From assembly GCA_963701965.1 (NCBI GenBank), contig OY969695.1, positions 3,968,001-4,032,000 on the forward strand: a DNA stretch of 64,000 nucleotides, given 5' to 3'. How positions within the stretch are numbered: the first letter of the stretch is position 1; each line of letters starts with the position of its first letter. The notes beneath the pieces are model-generated. The model made no database searches. It saw only the letters and a list, made by a program, of their open reading frames with translations, and was not told the DNA's origin. The position numbers and the translations under genes were made by a program. Below, one piece after another: positions 40,859-50,526 of this stretch. The stretch is from an uncultured Gemmatimonadales bacterium. Lineage in GTDB: Bacteria; Gemmatimonadota; Gemmatimonadetes; Gemmatimonadales; Gemmatimonadaceae.

Positions 40859-41845
40859 CTAGGTCGTCGTCGACGGGAGGGGAAGGGGTGCGTCTTCCGT
40901 GCGGTCCAAGAGTCGCATGTCGATGCGCACACGGCCGTCCGGGGCCGGTTTGATGAAGACGTTGGAGAAGCGCGCGCCCCACCGGATTTCCGGCGCCGTG
41001 TACGACGAGCGCGAGTGCACCAGCTGGGACAGCACCTCGTCGGTCGCCGTCAGCATGATGAGCACCTCGGCCTCCGACTCCACCAGCTCCTCGTGCGTCA
41101 GCCCGTAGAGCGGGCTGTCTTCCCCGATCGGGTGCACGATAGTCCACGACAGGGAAAAGAAGATCACGCGCTGGCGCTCGAGCTTGAGCTCCGTGAACGT
41201 GCGGATCCGCACCCCGTCGACCAACTCGAACCGCGAGAACGTCACGGTGACGTCGACGTTCACCAACTCGGCCTGCCGCTCATTGGCCATCCGAAACATG
41301 AAGGCCGTCATGCCGCGATACGGCGACACCACCGCCTGGTCACTGAACCGGATGCGCGGCGCGGGCCGGGCGAACCGGGCGAAGATGACGCCCGTGGACA
41401 GCGCGATGGTCAGGATGCTGACCGTCGACTCCACGACGACCACGAAGTTCGCGGCCACCCCGTTGGGGATGATGTTGCCGTAGCCGATCGTGCCGAACGT
41501 CTCGACGCTGAAAAAGAACGCCTGCAGAAACCGGCCGCCCAGGGCGACGTTGGGGGGCGGGGTGAGCGCGCCCGGACCCATGGCATAAAAGATCAACCCG
41601 AACGTCGCGTTGATCACGAGGTAGACCGCGACGAACAGGAGCAGAAACTTGGGCCAGGAGATGGTCAGGAGCGACTGATAGGCCGAGAGTCGCGCCGAGA
41701 GGGTCTGACCGGCGCGTTCGGCATTGAACGTCCCGTCGCGATTCAGGAGTCGGAGACGACTCTCACGGGCGACGACGGAACCGAAGCCGAGGTCGTTCTG
41801 CTCTTGTCCGGGAACTAAGGGCTCGGGCTCGCGGGAAGTGCGCAT
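40859..41845 (-). CDS. KirBac-type inward rectifier potassium channel
   Basis: FFFSVETFGTIGYG filter, FARFARP, FRMAN.R, WTIVHPI...SPL, RSSY...EI.WG.RF. Confidence 0.9.
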   Translation of the reverse strand: MRTSREPEPLVPGQEQNDLGFGSVVARESRLRLLNRDGTFNAERAGQTLSARLSAYQSLLTISWPKFLLLFVAVYLVINATFGLIFYAMGPGALTPPPNVALGGRFLQAFFFSVETFGTIGYGNIIPNGVAANFVVVVESTVSILTIALSTGVIFARFARPAPRIRFSDQAVVSPYRGMTAFMFRMANERQAELVNVDVTVTFSRFELVDGVRIRTFTELKLERQRVIFFSLSWTIVHPIGEDSPLYGLTHEELVESEAEVLIMLTATDEVLSQLVHSRSSYTAPEIRWGARFSNVFIKPAPDGRVRIDMRLLDRTEDAPLPLPSTTT

Positions 41846-41885
41846 ACGCTGCCACGAGTATAGCGGACGACGCTAAATTCCCGCC

Positions 41886-43208
41886 ATGCGCGTCCACGTG
41901 GTTGGCGGGGGTCTGGCCGGGTGCGAGGCCGCGTGGCAACTCGCCCAGCGCGGCGTCGGGGTCGTGCTCCACGAGATGCGGCCGGACCGGGCAACGCCGG
42001 CGCATCGGACGGATCGGCTGGCGGAGCTGGTCTGCTCCAACACGTTCAAGAGCACCGAGCGCACCAACGCGCACGGTCTCCTCAAGGAGGAGATGCGGCG
42101 CCTCGGCTCCATGATCCTGGAGGCCGCCGACGCCGCGCGCGTCCCCGCCGGCACGGCGCTGGGCGTCGACCGCGACCGGTTCGCCGAGATCGTGACGGCG
42201 CGGATCACCGCGCACCCGTGCATCACCGTGGAACGCGGCGAGGTGACCACGCTGCCATCTCCGGGCATCATAGCCACGGGCCCCCTGACATCCGATGCCC
42301 TGGCCGGAGCGATGGCCGGCCGCCTCGGGCAGTCGGCGCTGGCGTTCTACGACGCGATCGCGCCGATCGTCGCCGCCGAGTCGATCGACGAAGATGTGGC
42401 GTTTCGCGCGTCGCGTTACGGCAAGGAGACGTCAGGCGAAGTCGCCGAAGGCGCATACACGAACTGCCCGCTCACGCGCGAGGAGTACGACGCGTTTCTC
42501 GATGCGCTGCTCGCGGCCGACCAGCATCAAGGGCACGCGTTCGACGAGGTGCCGTATTTCGAGGGGTGTCTGCCCGTCGAGGTGATGGCTGCGCGCGGCC
42601 GCAATGTGCTGCGCTTCGGCCCCCTCAAGCCCGTCGGGCTGGTCGATCCCCGGCGCCCGGGCCGCCCGTATGCGGTCGTGCAGTTGCGGATGGAGGATCG
42701 GGGCGGCCGGATGTGGAATCTCGTCGGATTCCAAACCCGGTTGCGCATCCCCGAGCAGGAGCGGGTGTTCCGGATGATTCCCGGTCTCGCCCACGCCGAG
42801 TTTCTGCGGTACGGGTCGATCCATCGGAACTCGTATCTCAACGCCCCCGCGGCGCTGACGCCGCATCTCTCGGCGCGCGATGACCCGTCGCTGCTGTTCG
42901 CGGGACAGATCACGGGTGTCGAGGGCTATACCGAGAGCGCCGCCACCGGACTGCTCGCGGGGCGCAACCTGGCGCGTCTCGTCGCGGGCGCGGCGCCGGT
43001 GGTTCCGCCGCCGACCACGATGCTGGGCGCGCTCTACCGGTACTTGCGAGAGGCCGACGCGGCCCATTTCCAGCCGATGAACGCGAATTTCGGCCTGCTC
43101 GACGATCTCGCCGAGCCGGTCCGCGACAAACGCGTCAAGCGCGAGCGGTTCGCGGATCGGGCGCTGGCCGATCTCGACCTCTGGGTGCGGGCGACGGACC
43201 GCGCGTGA
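41886..43208 (+). CDS. trmFO: tRNA (uracil-54) methyltransferase TrmFO
   Basis: GGGLAG.EAAWQLA, AELVCSN, YFEGCLP, VGFQT, AGQITGVEGY, FQPMNANFG. Confidence 0.95.
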   Translation: MRVHVVGGGLAGCEAAWQLAQRGVGVVLHEMRPDRATPAHRTDRLAELVCSNTFKSTERTNAHGLLKEEMRRLGSMILEAADAARVPAGTALGVDRDRFAEIVTARITAHPCITVERGEVTTLPSPGIIATGPLTSDALAGAMAGRLGQSALAFYDAIAPIVAAESIDEDVAFRASRYGKETSGEVAEGAYTNCPLTREEYDAFLDALLAADQHQGHAFDEVPYFEGCLPVEVMAARGRNVLRFGPLKPVGLVDPRRPGRPYAVVQLRMEDRGGRMWNLVGFQTRLRIPEQERVFRMIPGLAHAEFLRYGSIHRNSYLNAPAALTPHLSARDDPSLLFAGQITGVEGYTESAATGLLAGRNLARLVAGAAPVVPPPTTMLGALYRYLREADAAHFQPMNANFGLLDDLAEPVRDKRVKRERFADRALADLDLWVRATDRA

Positions 43209-44149
43209 GCGATGCCCCGGGCGAGTTCCTCATCCATCTGGAAAAAGAGCGGAACGTCTCCGCGCACACCCTGGTCGCCTATCGCCGCGACCTGGCGCTT
43301 CTCTCGGCGTTCCTGGGGTCATACCACAAGGACGCGGCGTGGTCGTGGGAGTCGGTCGATCACCGCGCGCTCCGGGCGTTCCTCGCCCATCTCACGCGTC
43401 AGGGCTTGAGCAAACGCTCGATCGCCCGGACGATGTCGGCGGTCCGGTCGCTGTACAAGTTCTTGCAGCGTTCCGACGTCGTGGAGACGAACCCGGCGCG
43501 CGCCGTCGGGTCGCCGAAGCTCGATCGCTATCTCCCGAGCTATTTGACGCGCCCGCAGATGGAGACCGTGTTCGCGCTGGCCACGACTCGCGCCATGGAG
43601 GGCGCCATTGCTCACGTGCGGAACCTGGCGATGTTCGAGCTCCTCTACTCGACCGGGGTGCGCGTGTCCGAGTTGCACGGTCTCAACCGCGCCGACGTCG
43701 ATCTGGTCGCCCAGCAGATGAAAGTCCGGGGCAAGGGGCGAAAAGAACGCATTGTGCCCGTGGGCGATCACGCCACGTTGGCGCTCCGGAACTACGAGGC
43801 GAAGCGCGACGAGCTGGTGCACTCGATCGGGCCAACGGCGGACCGGACTGCCGTATTCTTGAACCCGCGCGGCAAGCGTTTGAGCGTGTCGGGCATTCAA
43901 AAGATCGTGTCCCAGTTCCTGGCCGTGGTCGCCGAGGGGGCGGGTCTCAGCACCCACTCGCTCCGCCACACTTTCGCGACGCACCTGCTCAATGGCGGCG
44001 CCGACCTGCGGGCCGTACAGGAGCTCCTAGGCCACGCGTCGGTTTCGACGACGCAGATCTATACGCACACCAGTGTCGAGCGACTCAAGCAGGTCTACCA
44101 AAAGGCGCACCCGAGAGGCGGGACGCGCGACGGGCGCCGGGACCGGTAA
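43205..44149 (+). CDS. xerC: Tyrosine recombinase XerC
   Basis: S.HT..AY.RDL, G.RVSE, GKG.KER, HSLRHTFATH, VQELLGH, TTQIYTH; trmFO-xerC-hslVU synteny. Confidence 0.9.
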   Translation: MSDAPGEFLIHLEKERNVSAHTLVAYRRDLALLSAFLGSYHKDAAWSWESVDHRALRAFLAHLTRQGLSKRSIARTMSAVRSLYKFLQRSDVVETNPARAVGSPKLDRYLPSYLTRPQMETVFALATTRAMEGAIAHVRNLAMFELLYSTGVRVSELHGLNRADVDLVAQQMKVRGKGRKERIVPVGDHATLALRNYEAKRDELVHSIGPTADRTAVFLNPRGKRLSVSGIQKIVSQFLAVVAEGAGLSTHSLRHTFATHLLNGGADLRAVQELLGHASVSTTQIYTHTSVERLKQVYQKAHPRGGTRDGRRDR

Positions 44150-44180
44150 CAGTCGCCCGACTCTTGCGTTACGGCGGGGC

Positions 44181-44519
44181 ATGTTGCTGGAGCGGATCTT
44201 GACATCGGTGTTCGGCTCGTTGGCGATGTTTGCCGCCGTTGGCCTGATCGTGGACTCGGCGCTGGCGCCGACCAACGTCTCGGGAGTCGAGCGGCGCCGC
44301 CGAACCCGCGCCGAGCGGAGCCGCGCGGGAGAGCTCCTTTTGGGGTTGGGGCTGTGCAGTCTCGCCGCCGCCATGTTCGGGCTAGATCGCTGGCGCTATA
44401 CGACGGTGGCCGTTCTGACCGGCGCGCTCTTTTTCGCGATCGGCGCGTCCCTGAATTGGCGGTTACTCGTGGAAAGCGTGCGTGTGCGTGGGGCAGCCCG
44501 TCGCCGGTCGAGCGGCTAA
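44181..44519 (+). CDS. Small three-TM membrane protein
   Basis: Three hydrophobic segments; fills the gap between xerC and hslV. Confidence 0.65.
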   Translation: MLLERILTSVFGSLAMFAAVGLIVDSALAPTNVSGVERRRRTRAERSRAGELLLGLGLCSLAAAMFGLDRWRYTTVAVLTGALFFAIGASLNWRLLVESVRVRGAARRRSSG

Positions 44520-44528
44520 CTTTCCCGC

Positions 44529-45074
44529 ATGTCCTTCGTACCAACCATATACGCGACGACGATCCTCGCCGTCCGGCGGAACGGTCGTGTCGCGCTCGGC
44601 GGCGACGGCCAGGTGACGGTCGGCGAGACCGTCATGAAGTCCAATGCCCAGAAGGTGCGTGCACTGCGCGGCGGGAAGCTCCTGGCGGGGTTTGCCGGCG
44701 CCGCGGCCGACGCCTTTACGCTCTTTGAGAAGTTCGAAGAGAAGATGGAGCGGTTTCCCGGCAACATGCCACGCGCTGCGGTCGAGCTCGCCAAGGATTG
44801 GCGGAGCGACCGTGTGCTGCGCCGTTTGGAGGCATTGCTGGCCGTCGCCGACAGCACCCATGGATTTGTGATCTCGGGCACGGGCGACATCATCGAGCCC
44901 GACGACGGCATTCTCGCGATCGGGTCCGGCGGCGCCTACGCGCTCGCCTCGGCCCGCGCGCTCGTCGCCAACACCGACCTGTCGGCCGGCGAGGTCGTGC
45001 GCCGGTCATTGGCGATCGCGGCCGACATCTGCATTTATACGAATACCAACATCACTGTACTCGAGCCGTCCTAG
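44529..45074 (+). CDS. hslV: ATP-dependent protease subunit HslV
   Basis: ATTILAV, GDGQVT, GFAG..ADA.TL, IGSGG, DICIYTN. Confidence 0.96.
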   Translation: MSFVPTIYATTILAVRRNGRVALGGDGQVTVGETVMKSNAQKVRALRGGKLLAGFAGAAADAFTLFEKFEEKMERFPGNMPRAAVELAKDWRSDRVLRRLEALLAVADSTHGFVISGTGDIIEPDDGILAIGSGGAYALASARALVANTDLSAGEVVRRSLAIAADICIYTNTNITVLEPS

Positions 45075-46564
45075 TGTCATCGAAGCATACCCAGCAAGCC
45101 CTGGCCCGGCTGGCCGATCTGACGCCGCGCCAGATCGTCGCCGAGCTCAATCGCTATATCGTCGGGCAGAGTGAGGCCAAGAAGTCGGTCGCGATCGCGT
45201 TGCGCAACCGGTGGCGCCGGCAGCGCGCCCCCGAGGGCATTCGCGAAGAGATCTCGCCCAACAACATCATCTTGATCGGGCCGACCGGCGTCGGGAAGAC
45301 GGAGATTGCCCGGCGTCTGGCCAAGCTCTCCGGGGCGCCGTTCGTCAAGGTCGAAGCCTCGAAGTTCACCGAAGTCGGGTACGTCGGCCGCGACGTCGAG
45401 GGGATGGTGCGCGATCTGGTCGAGAACGCGATCGACATGGTGCGCACGGAGCGCGAGAGCGAGGTCGAGGACCTGGCCAACGAGCGCGTCGATGAGCGGT
45501 TGCTCGATCTGTTGCTGCCGCGGCCGGAGGCGCCCAAGCCGGTGGCCCAGGCGGCGCCCCAGCCGGCTCCCGCCGCTGCCGTCGGCGCCCAGGCCGACCG
45601 CAACGTCTTCGTCGTGTCTCCGACGGGCGGCGTGACGCAGGAGTTGGCGGAGAACGGCAATGCCGCGCAGGCGCGGTATCAGCGGACGCGGGAGAAGCTC
45701 AAGCAGTTGCTGCTGGACGGCCAGCTCGAGGGGCGCGAGGTCGAAGTCGAGATCACGCACACCGGGCCGCAGATGTTCGACATGATGCTGCCACAGGGCG
45801 CGCCCGAGGGCATGGAGAACTTCATGGAGATGCTGCAGGAGCTGTCGCCCAAGCGCAAGAAGAAGCGCTCGGTGAAAGTCTCCGAGGCGCGGCGGATCCT
45901 GTTGGAGCAGGAGCTGGACAAGCTCATCGACGTCGAGGATGTCACGACCGACGCGCTGGAGCGCGTCGAAAAGCTCGGCATCATCTTCCTGGACGAGATC
46001 GACAAGATCGCGGGCGAACGCGGGCAGGCTGGGGGCGGTCCCGACGTCTCGCGCGAGGGGGTCCAGCGCGATCTCTTGCCGATCGTCGAGGGCTCGAACG
46101 TCCAGACCAAGTACGGCATGGTGAAGACCGACCACGTGCTGTTCATCGCCGCCGGCGCATTTCACGTCTCCAAGCCGAGCGACCTCATTCCCGAGCTGCA
46201 AGGGCGGTTTCCGATTCGTGTCGAGCTCAAGCCGTTGACGGAAGAGGATTTCGTTCGGATCATGACCGAGCCGGAGAATGCGCTCACCAAACAGTATGCG
46301 GCGCTGGTGGAGGCCGAGGGTGCCCAACTGACGTTCACCGCCGAGGGGATCGCCGAGGTGGCGCGCATTGCGGCGCAGGTCAACGACCGCATGGAGAACA
46401 TTGGGGCCCGGCGGTTGCACACCGTGATGACGACGTTGCTCGAGGAGCTGCTGTACGAGCTGCCCGATCGCGGGACGGCACCGGTGACGATCGACGCGCC
46501 CCACGTGCGCGATCGTCTCAAGTCGGTCGTGGAGGACGAAGACCTGCGCCGGTATATCCTGTGA
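45074..46564 (+). CDS. hslU: ATP-dependent protease ATPase HslU
   Basis: [50 protein letters not shown]. Confidence 0.96.
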   Translation: MSSKHTQQALARLADLTPRQIVAELNRYIVGQSEAKKSVAIALRNRWRRQRAPEGIREEISPNNIILIGPTGVGKTEIARRLAKLSGAPFVKVEASKFTEVGYVGRDVEGMVRDLVENAIDMVRTERESEVEDLANERVDERLLDLLLPRPEAPKPVAQAAPQPAPAAAVGAQADRNVFVVSPTGGVTQELAENGNAAQARYQRTREKLKQLLLDGQLEGREVEVEITHTGPQMFDMMLPQGAPEGMENFMEMLQELSPKRKKKRSVKVSEARRILLEQELDKLIDVEDVTTDALERVEKLGIIFLDEIDKIAGERGQAGGGPDVSREGVQRDLLPIVEGSNVQTKYGMVKTDHVLFIAAGAFHVSKPSDLIPELQGRFPIRVELKPLTEEDFVRIMTEPENALTKQYAALVEAEGAQLTFTAEGIAEVARIAAQVNDRMENIGARRLHTVMTTLLEELLYELPDRGTAPVTIDAPHVRDRLKSVVEDEDLRRYIL

Positions 46565-47532
46565 GCGCGCCGACCAGTGAGCGCGCGCCGGGCGAGCGGT
46601 TGTCGCCCGGCGCCGCCGAGCCGGCGCACCGGGATTTTCTGACCATCCCCGATTTCACGCGGCGCGAGCTGCTCGGTTTGTTGGCGTTGTCGGAGCGTAT
46701 CCGGAACGGCGAGTACGTGCGGCGGCCGCTCGCCGGCCGTTCGCTGGCGATGATCTTTACCAAGCCGTCGACGCGGACGCGCGTCTCCTTCGAGGTGGGC
46801 GCCTACCAGCTCGGCGGCCAGCCGGTGTTCTTGTCCGGTCGGGACATTCAGATCGGTCGTGGCGAGCCGATCGCCGACACCGCGCGCGTGTTGTCGCGCT
46901 ACGTGCACGGAATCATGATCCGCACGTTTTCGCACGCCGAGGTCGAGGAGCTGGCCCGCTGGTCGACGGTCCCGGTCATCAATGGGCTCACCGACTGGCA
47001 GCATCCCTGCCAGGTGCTCGCCGACATCGCCACGGTACGGCAGCACCGCGGGACCCATGAGGGCATGCGCGTGGCGTGGATCGGCGACGGGAACAACGTC
47101 GCCAACTCCTGGATCGACGCCGCGTACCGGCTGGGGTTTGCGCTGACCTTGGCCTGTCCGGAGGGCTACGATCCCGATCTCGCGCTCGTGCGTCGCGCCG
47201 CGGGCGAGGCTGACGTCCGCGTCGTCCGTGATCCGCTGGAGGCCGTGGAAGGGGCGGACGTCGTGACCACCGACGTGTGGGCCTCGATGGGGCAGGAGGA
47301 AGAGCACGCGGCCCGCGTGCGGGCCTTTGCGGGTTACACCGTCAATGCGGCGATGATGGCCCGCGCGGCGCCGGGCGCCATGTTCCTGCACTGCCTGCCC
47401 GCGCACCGCGGCGAGGAAGTCACCGCGGAGGTCATCGATGGTCCGCGGAGCCACGTGTTCGACGAGGCCGAGCATCGGTTGCACGTGCAAAAGGCGATAC
47501 TGGCCGTTCTCATGGGAGGGGAGCCACTGTGA
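46561..47532 (+). CDS. argF: Ornithine carbamoyltransferase
   Basis: STRTR, HPCQ, DVWASMG, HCLP. Confidence 0.95.
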   Translation: MSAPTSERAPGERLSPGAAEPAHRDFLTIPDFTRRELLGLLALSERIRNGEYVRRPLAGRSLAMIFTKPSTRTRVSFEVGAYQLGGQPVFLSGRDIQIGRGEPIADTARVLSRYVHGIMIRTFSHAEVEELARWSTVPVINGLTDWQHPCQVLADIATVRQHRGTHEGMRVAWIGDGNNVANSWIDAAYRLGFALTLACPEGYDPDLALVRRAAGEADVRVVRDPLEAVEGADVVTTDVWASMGQEEEHAARVRAFAGYTVNAAMMARAAPGAMFLHCLPAHRGEEVTAEVIDGPRSHVFDEAEHRLHVQKAILAVLMGGEPL

Positions 47533-48044
47533 TCGACGTGGGGAAGGAAGCGCCGGGCTTTTCGGTCCAGGCGGACAATGGTCGGGATGTGACGTTGGCC
47601 TCCTACCGCGGCCGATACGTCGTGCTCTACTTCTATCCAAAGGATGACACGCCGGGGTGCACGACCGAGGCGTGCGAGCTGCGCGACGCTTTTCCGCGGT
47701 TTCGCGCGACGGACGCCGTCGTTTTGGGGGTGAGCCCTGACAGCGTCGCGTCCCATCAGAAGTTCAAGGCGAAGTTCAGCCTGCCCTTTACGCTGTTGGC
47801 GGACACCGACCACGTGATTGCCGAGGCGTACGGGGTGTGGAAGGAGAAGTCGATGTACGGCCGCACGTACTTGGGCGTGGAGCGGACGACGTATCTGATC
47901 GACCCCAACGGGGTCGTGGTGTGTGTCTGGCCCAAGGTGAAGGCCGAGGGGCATGCCGCGGCGGTGGCCGCGGCGCTGGCCGAGGTGAGCGGCGTTTCGA
48001 CGACCGCTCCGGCCAAGAAACAGACGGCCAAGAAGCGGGCGTAA
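47529..48044 (+). CDS. bcp: Peroxiredoxin Bcp
   Basis: YFYPKDDTPGCTTEAC, K.MYG..Y.GVERTT. Confidence 0.93.
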   Translation: MIDVGKEAPGFSVQADNGRDVTLASYRGRYVVLYFYPKDDTPGCTTEACELRDAFPRFRATDAVVLGVSPDSVASHQKFKAKFSLPFTLLADTDHVIAEAYGVWKEKSMYGRTYLGVERTTYLIDPNGVVVCVWPKVKAEGHAAAVAAALAEVSGVSTTAPAKKQTAKKRA

Positions 48045-48057
48045 GGGTTGGGGAACA

Positions 48058-48093
48058 CCGGTTGGGTGACCCCCGTCACCCAACCGGCTGTTT
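48058..48093 (+). terminator. Hairpin terminator after bcp
   Basis: CCGGTTGGGTGAC-CCCC-GTCACCCAACCGG followed by CTGTTT. Confidence 0.7.
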
Positions 48094-48311
48094 ATCGTCC
48101 TTGTACGAGGATTGAGCCCGGATAGCCAGGGCCAACTCCCGATGGGGGAGCCTTAAACCCGCGCCGGACCACGTGTTACATACGCGGCCCGAGCTCGTTT
48201 GGTGTGACGCGACAGTCTCGCAGCGTGACGGTACCGCCAGCGGGAATCCCTAGCTTGGTCCTCGTACCAACGGGACTCCCAACCCCGGGAGACTCGTATG
48301 CGAGGACTATT

Positions 48312-48914
48312 ATGGACCGGTTGATCGCGACGCGAGGGCGGCGGGGCTACACGCTGGTGGAAATGCTGATCGTGGTCACCATGATCGCGATCATCACCGC
48401 GTTCGCCATGCCCCACATCGACTATCAGGCGTATCGCCAGGATGCCGCGGTGCGCGGGGTGCGGGGTGCGCTGCAGCAGGCGCAGGCCTACGCCGTGAGC
48501 TCGCAGCACAACGTGTTCGTCAATGTCGATCAGCCGAAGGGTGTGTTGTACGTCGTCTACGACTACAACGACAATCTCACGTGGGACTCGGGGAACAACG
48601 AGCATGTGCTCGCGGTGCCCCTGCAAGACGGTGTGGTGATCGCGCAACCCACGGTGGTGTTGCCGTCGGTCGGTGCGCCGACGGCCGGGATCGGCATGAC
48701 GACCCCGGCGACGGTGACCGTGACCGGCAAGACGTCATCGCAGCTCGGTTTCGTGTATCGCGCCGACGGCGCGGTCTCGACCGACGTGCAGATCTATCTC
48801 AACTCGAAGCGCCATGCGGTCCGGGATTGGCGGGCGTTGAACGTGACGCCGGCGACCGGGCGCGTGGATTGGTACAAGCTGGTGAACGGTGTCTGGGTCA
48901 AGGGAGGCTTCTGA
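48312..48914 (+). CDS. Minor pilin, FimU/FimT-like
   Basis: RRG|YTLVEMLIVV...MP; L..A...A; F..DG; TG.V; RBS GAGGA. Confidence 0.85.
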   Translation: MDRLIATRGRRGYTLVEMLIVVTMIAIITAFAMPHIDYQAYRQDAAVRGVRGALQQAQAYAVSSQHNVFVNVDQPKGVLYVVYDYNDNLTWDSGNNEHVLAVPLQDGVVIAQPTVVLPSVGAPTAGIGMTTPATVTVTGKTSSQLGFVYRADGAVSTDVQIYLNSKRHAVRDWRALNVTPATGRVDWYKLVNGVWVKGGF

Positions 48915-49327
48915 TGCGCGCGTCAGGGCGGGGCCCCACGGCGGGCATGACGTTGATCGAGGTCCTGGTGGCGCTCGTGATCCTCGCGGGGTCGCTCGTG
49001 GCCATGGGCAACTTCATGGGGCAGTTCACGCACGCGCAGCGGATCGCGTCGCTGCGCCAGGATGCGATCGACATCGCGTCGGACGTCCTCGATTCGGCGT
49101 CGCATGACTCGACGGCGGCCGCGGTGTCCCACGACTACGCCGGGACGCGGTCGGTGACGCGGGACAATGCCACGTTCACGCGCGTGACGACGGTGAAGCA
49201 GATGGGCAGTGCTACGACCGGTACGTACGACTACTTCATTGTGACCGCGACCGTCACGCCGCCGGGGAACGTCATGTCGAGCGGCGCCCGGTTGATGCCG
49301 GTCTCGAAGACCATCGTCGTCCAATAA
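48914..49327 (+). CDS. Minor pilin, PilV-like
   Basis: AG|MTLIEVLVALVILA; TGATG-coupled. Confidence 0.85.
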   Translation: MRASGRGPTAGMTLIEVLVALVILAGSLVAMGNFMGQFTHAQRIASLRQDAIDIASDVLDSASHDSTAAAVSHDYAGTRSVTRDNATFTRVTTVKQMGSATTGTYDYFIVTATVTPPGNVMSSGARLMPVSKTIVVQ

Positions 49328-49331
49328 TCCC

Positions 49332-50513
49332 ATGCGCACTCACTTTGCCCGTTCCAACCGCCGCGGTTTCACGCTGGCCGAAATGATCATCGCCGTGACG
49401 ATGTTGTCGATGTTCGGCGCCAGCGCGATCACGTTCTACTTGCGCAGTCTGCGGTCGGTGACGAACACCGCCGGCCGGAACGACGCGCAGCAGAACGCCA
49501 CGTACGCGCTGGACTTCATCGATCACGACCTGCGCATCGCGGGCACCGGGCTCGCGCCCAGCCAGTCGTTGCTGGTCGAAGCCAATGGGCGGGCGGTGGC
49601 GTTCAACGGCGATCTCATCACGCACGACACGACGGCGACGGCGCCGGGGACCTACTACGATCCCAGCGTCGACGACAGCGTGGTCCTGGCCTGGCAGCAG
49701 TCGCGCGCCGGTGCGTTGCCGCTGACCAACATCGCGTATCCGGAGAGCACGTACTACGCGAACGGTGGAGCAACCGGGCCGATCGGCGGGGCGGAGACGA
49801 TTCAGTTCTGGGTGGCTTCGGACACGACCAACCCGCTGCCGAACCGGTATAAGCTCTGGCGGCGGGTCAACAACAACTCGCCCGTCGTCGTGGCCGAGAA
49901 CATCTATCTGGCGACGCCGACCACGCCCGTGTTCCAGTACTGGCGGACGCAGACCGCAGCCCCGGGCGCCGGCGTGAACTCGAATGCCCTCGTGCCGCTG
50001 ACGGCGGCGCAGGTCCCGCTGTACCACGTGCGCAACGACACGGTGCAGCAGAACAAGTTGAACAACATTCGCGCGGTGCGGGTCACGCTGACCAGCGCCT
50101 ATCGCGATCCACAGCGGAACGTGGACGTGCTGCGGACGGTCAACGAGCAGATCGAGATGCCCAACGCGGGCGCGACGAACGTCAACCAGTGCGGCGGCAG
50201 CCCCGGCGCGCCGGCGGGCCTGTCGGCGACGCCCAGCGCGGGCGGTCAGGACACCGTCGGGTTGTCGTGGACGAATTCGGCCGATGATGGCGCGGGCCGC
50301 AACACGGTCCGCATGTACCTGATCTATCGCAAGCTGCACGCCGATTCGTTGTACGCGCCAATGTTCAGCGTGACGGCGACCGGCGTGGGGACGTACAACT
50401 ATAGTGACACCCAAGTGACGCTAGGGCAGTCGTACGACTACAGCCTGGCGGCGCGGGACTGCACACCGTCCCTCTCGTCGTTCGTCACGGCGACGAACGT
50501 GACACCCAACTAG
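49332..50513 (+). CDS. Minor pilin, PilW-like, with C-terminal fibronectin type III-like domain
   Basis: RRG|FTLAEMIIA; DLRIAG; tail PGAPAGLSAT..V.LSWT..Y.IYR..Y.DT.V..G..YDY.L.A.D. Confidence 0.85.
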   Translation: MRTHFARSNRRGFTLAEMIIAVTMLSMFGASAITFYLRSLRSVTNTAGRNDAQQNATYALDFIDHDLRIAGTGLAPSQSLLVEANGRAVAFNGDLITHDTTATAPGTYYDPSVDDSVVLAWQQSRAGALPLTNIAYPESTYYANGGATGPIGGAETIQFWVASDTTNPLPNRYKLWRRVNNNSPVVVAENIYLATPTTPVFQYWRTQTAAPGAGVNSNALVPLTAAQVPLYHVRNDTVQQNKLNNIRAVRVTLTSAYRDPQRNVDVLRTVNEQIEMPNAGATNVNQCGGSPGAPAGLSATPSAGGQDTVGLSWTNSADDGAGRNTVRMYLIYRKLHADSLYAPMFSVTATGVGTYNYSDTQVTLGQSYDYSLAARDCTPSLSSFVTATNVTPN

Positions 50514-50526
50514 TCAGGAGCCTTCG

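Noticed and set aside
43205..44149. Tyrosine recombinase as a mobile element integrase
   Set aside because: Housekeeping XerC in trmFO-xerC-hslVU context; no att sites or cargo
48287..48302. GG-N10-GC upstream of the fimU-like gene as a sigma54 promoter
   Set aside because: Poor match to TGGCAC/TTGC and too close to the RBS and start codon
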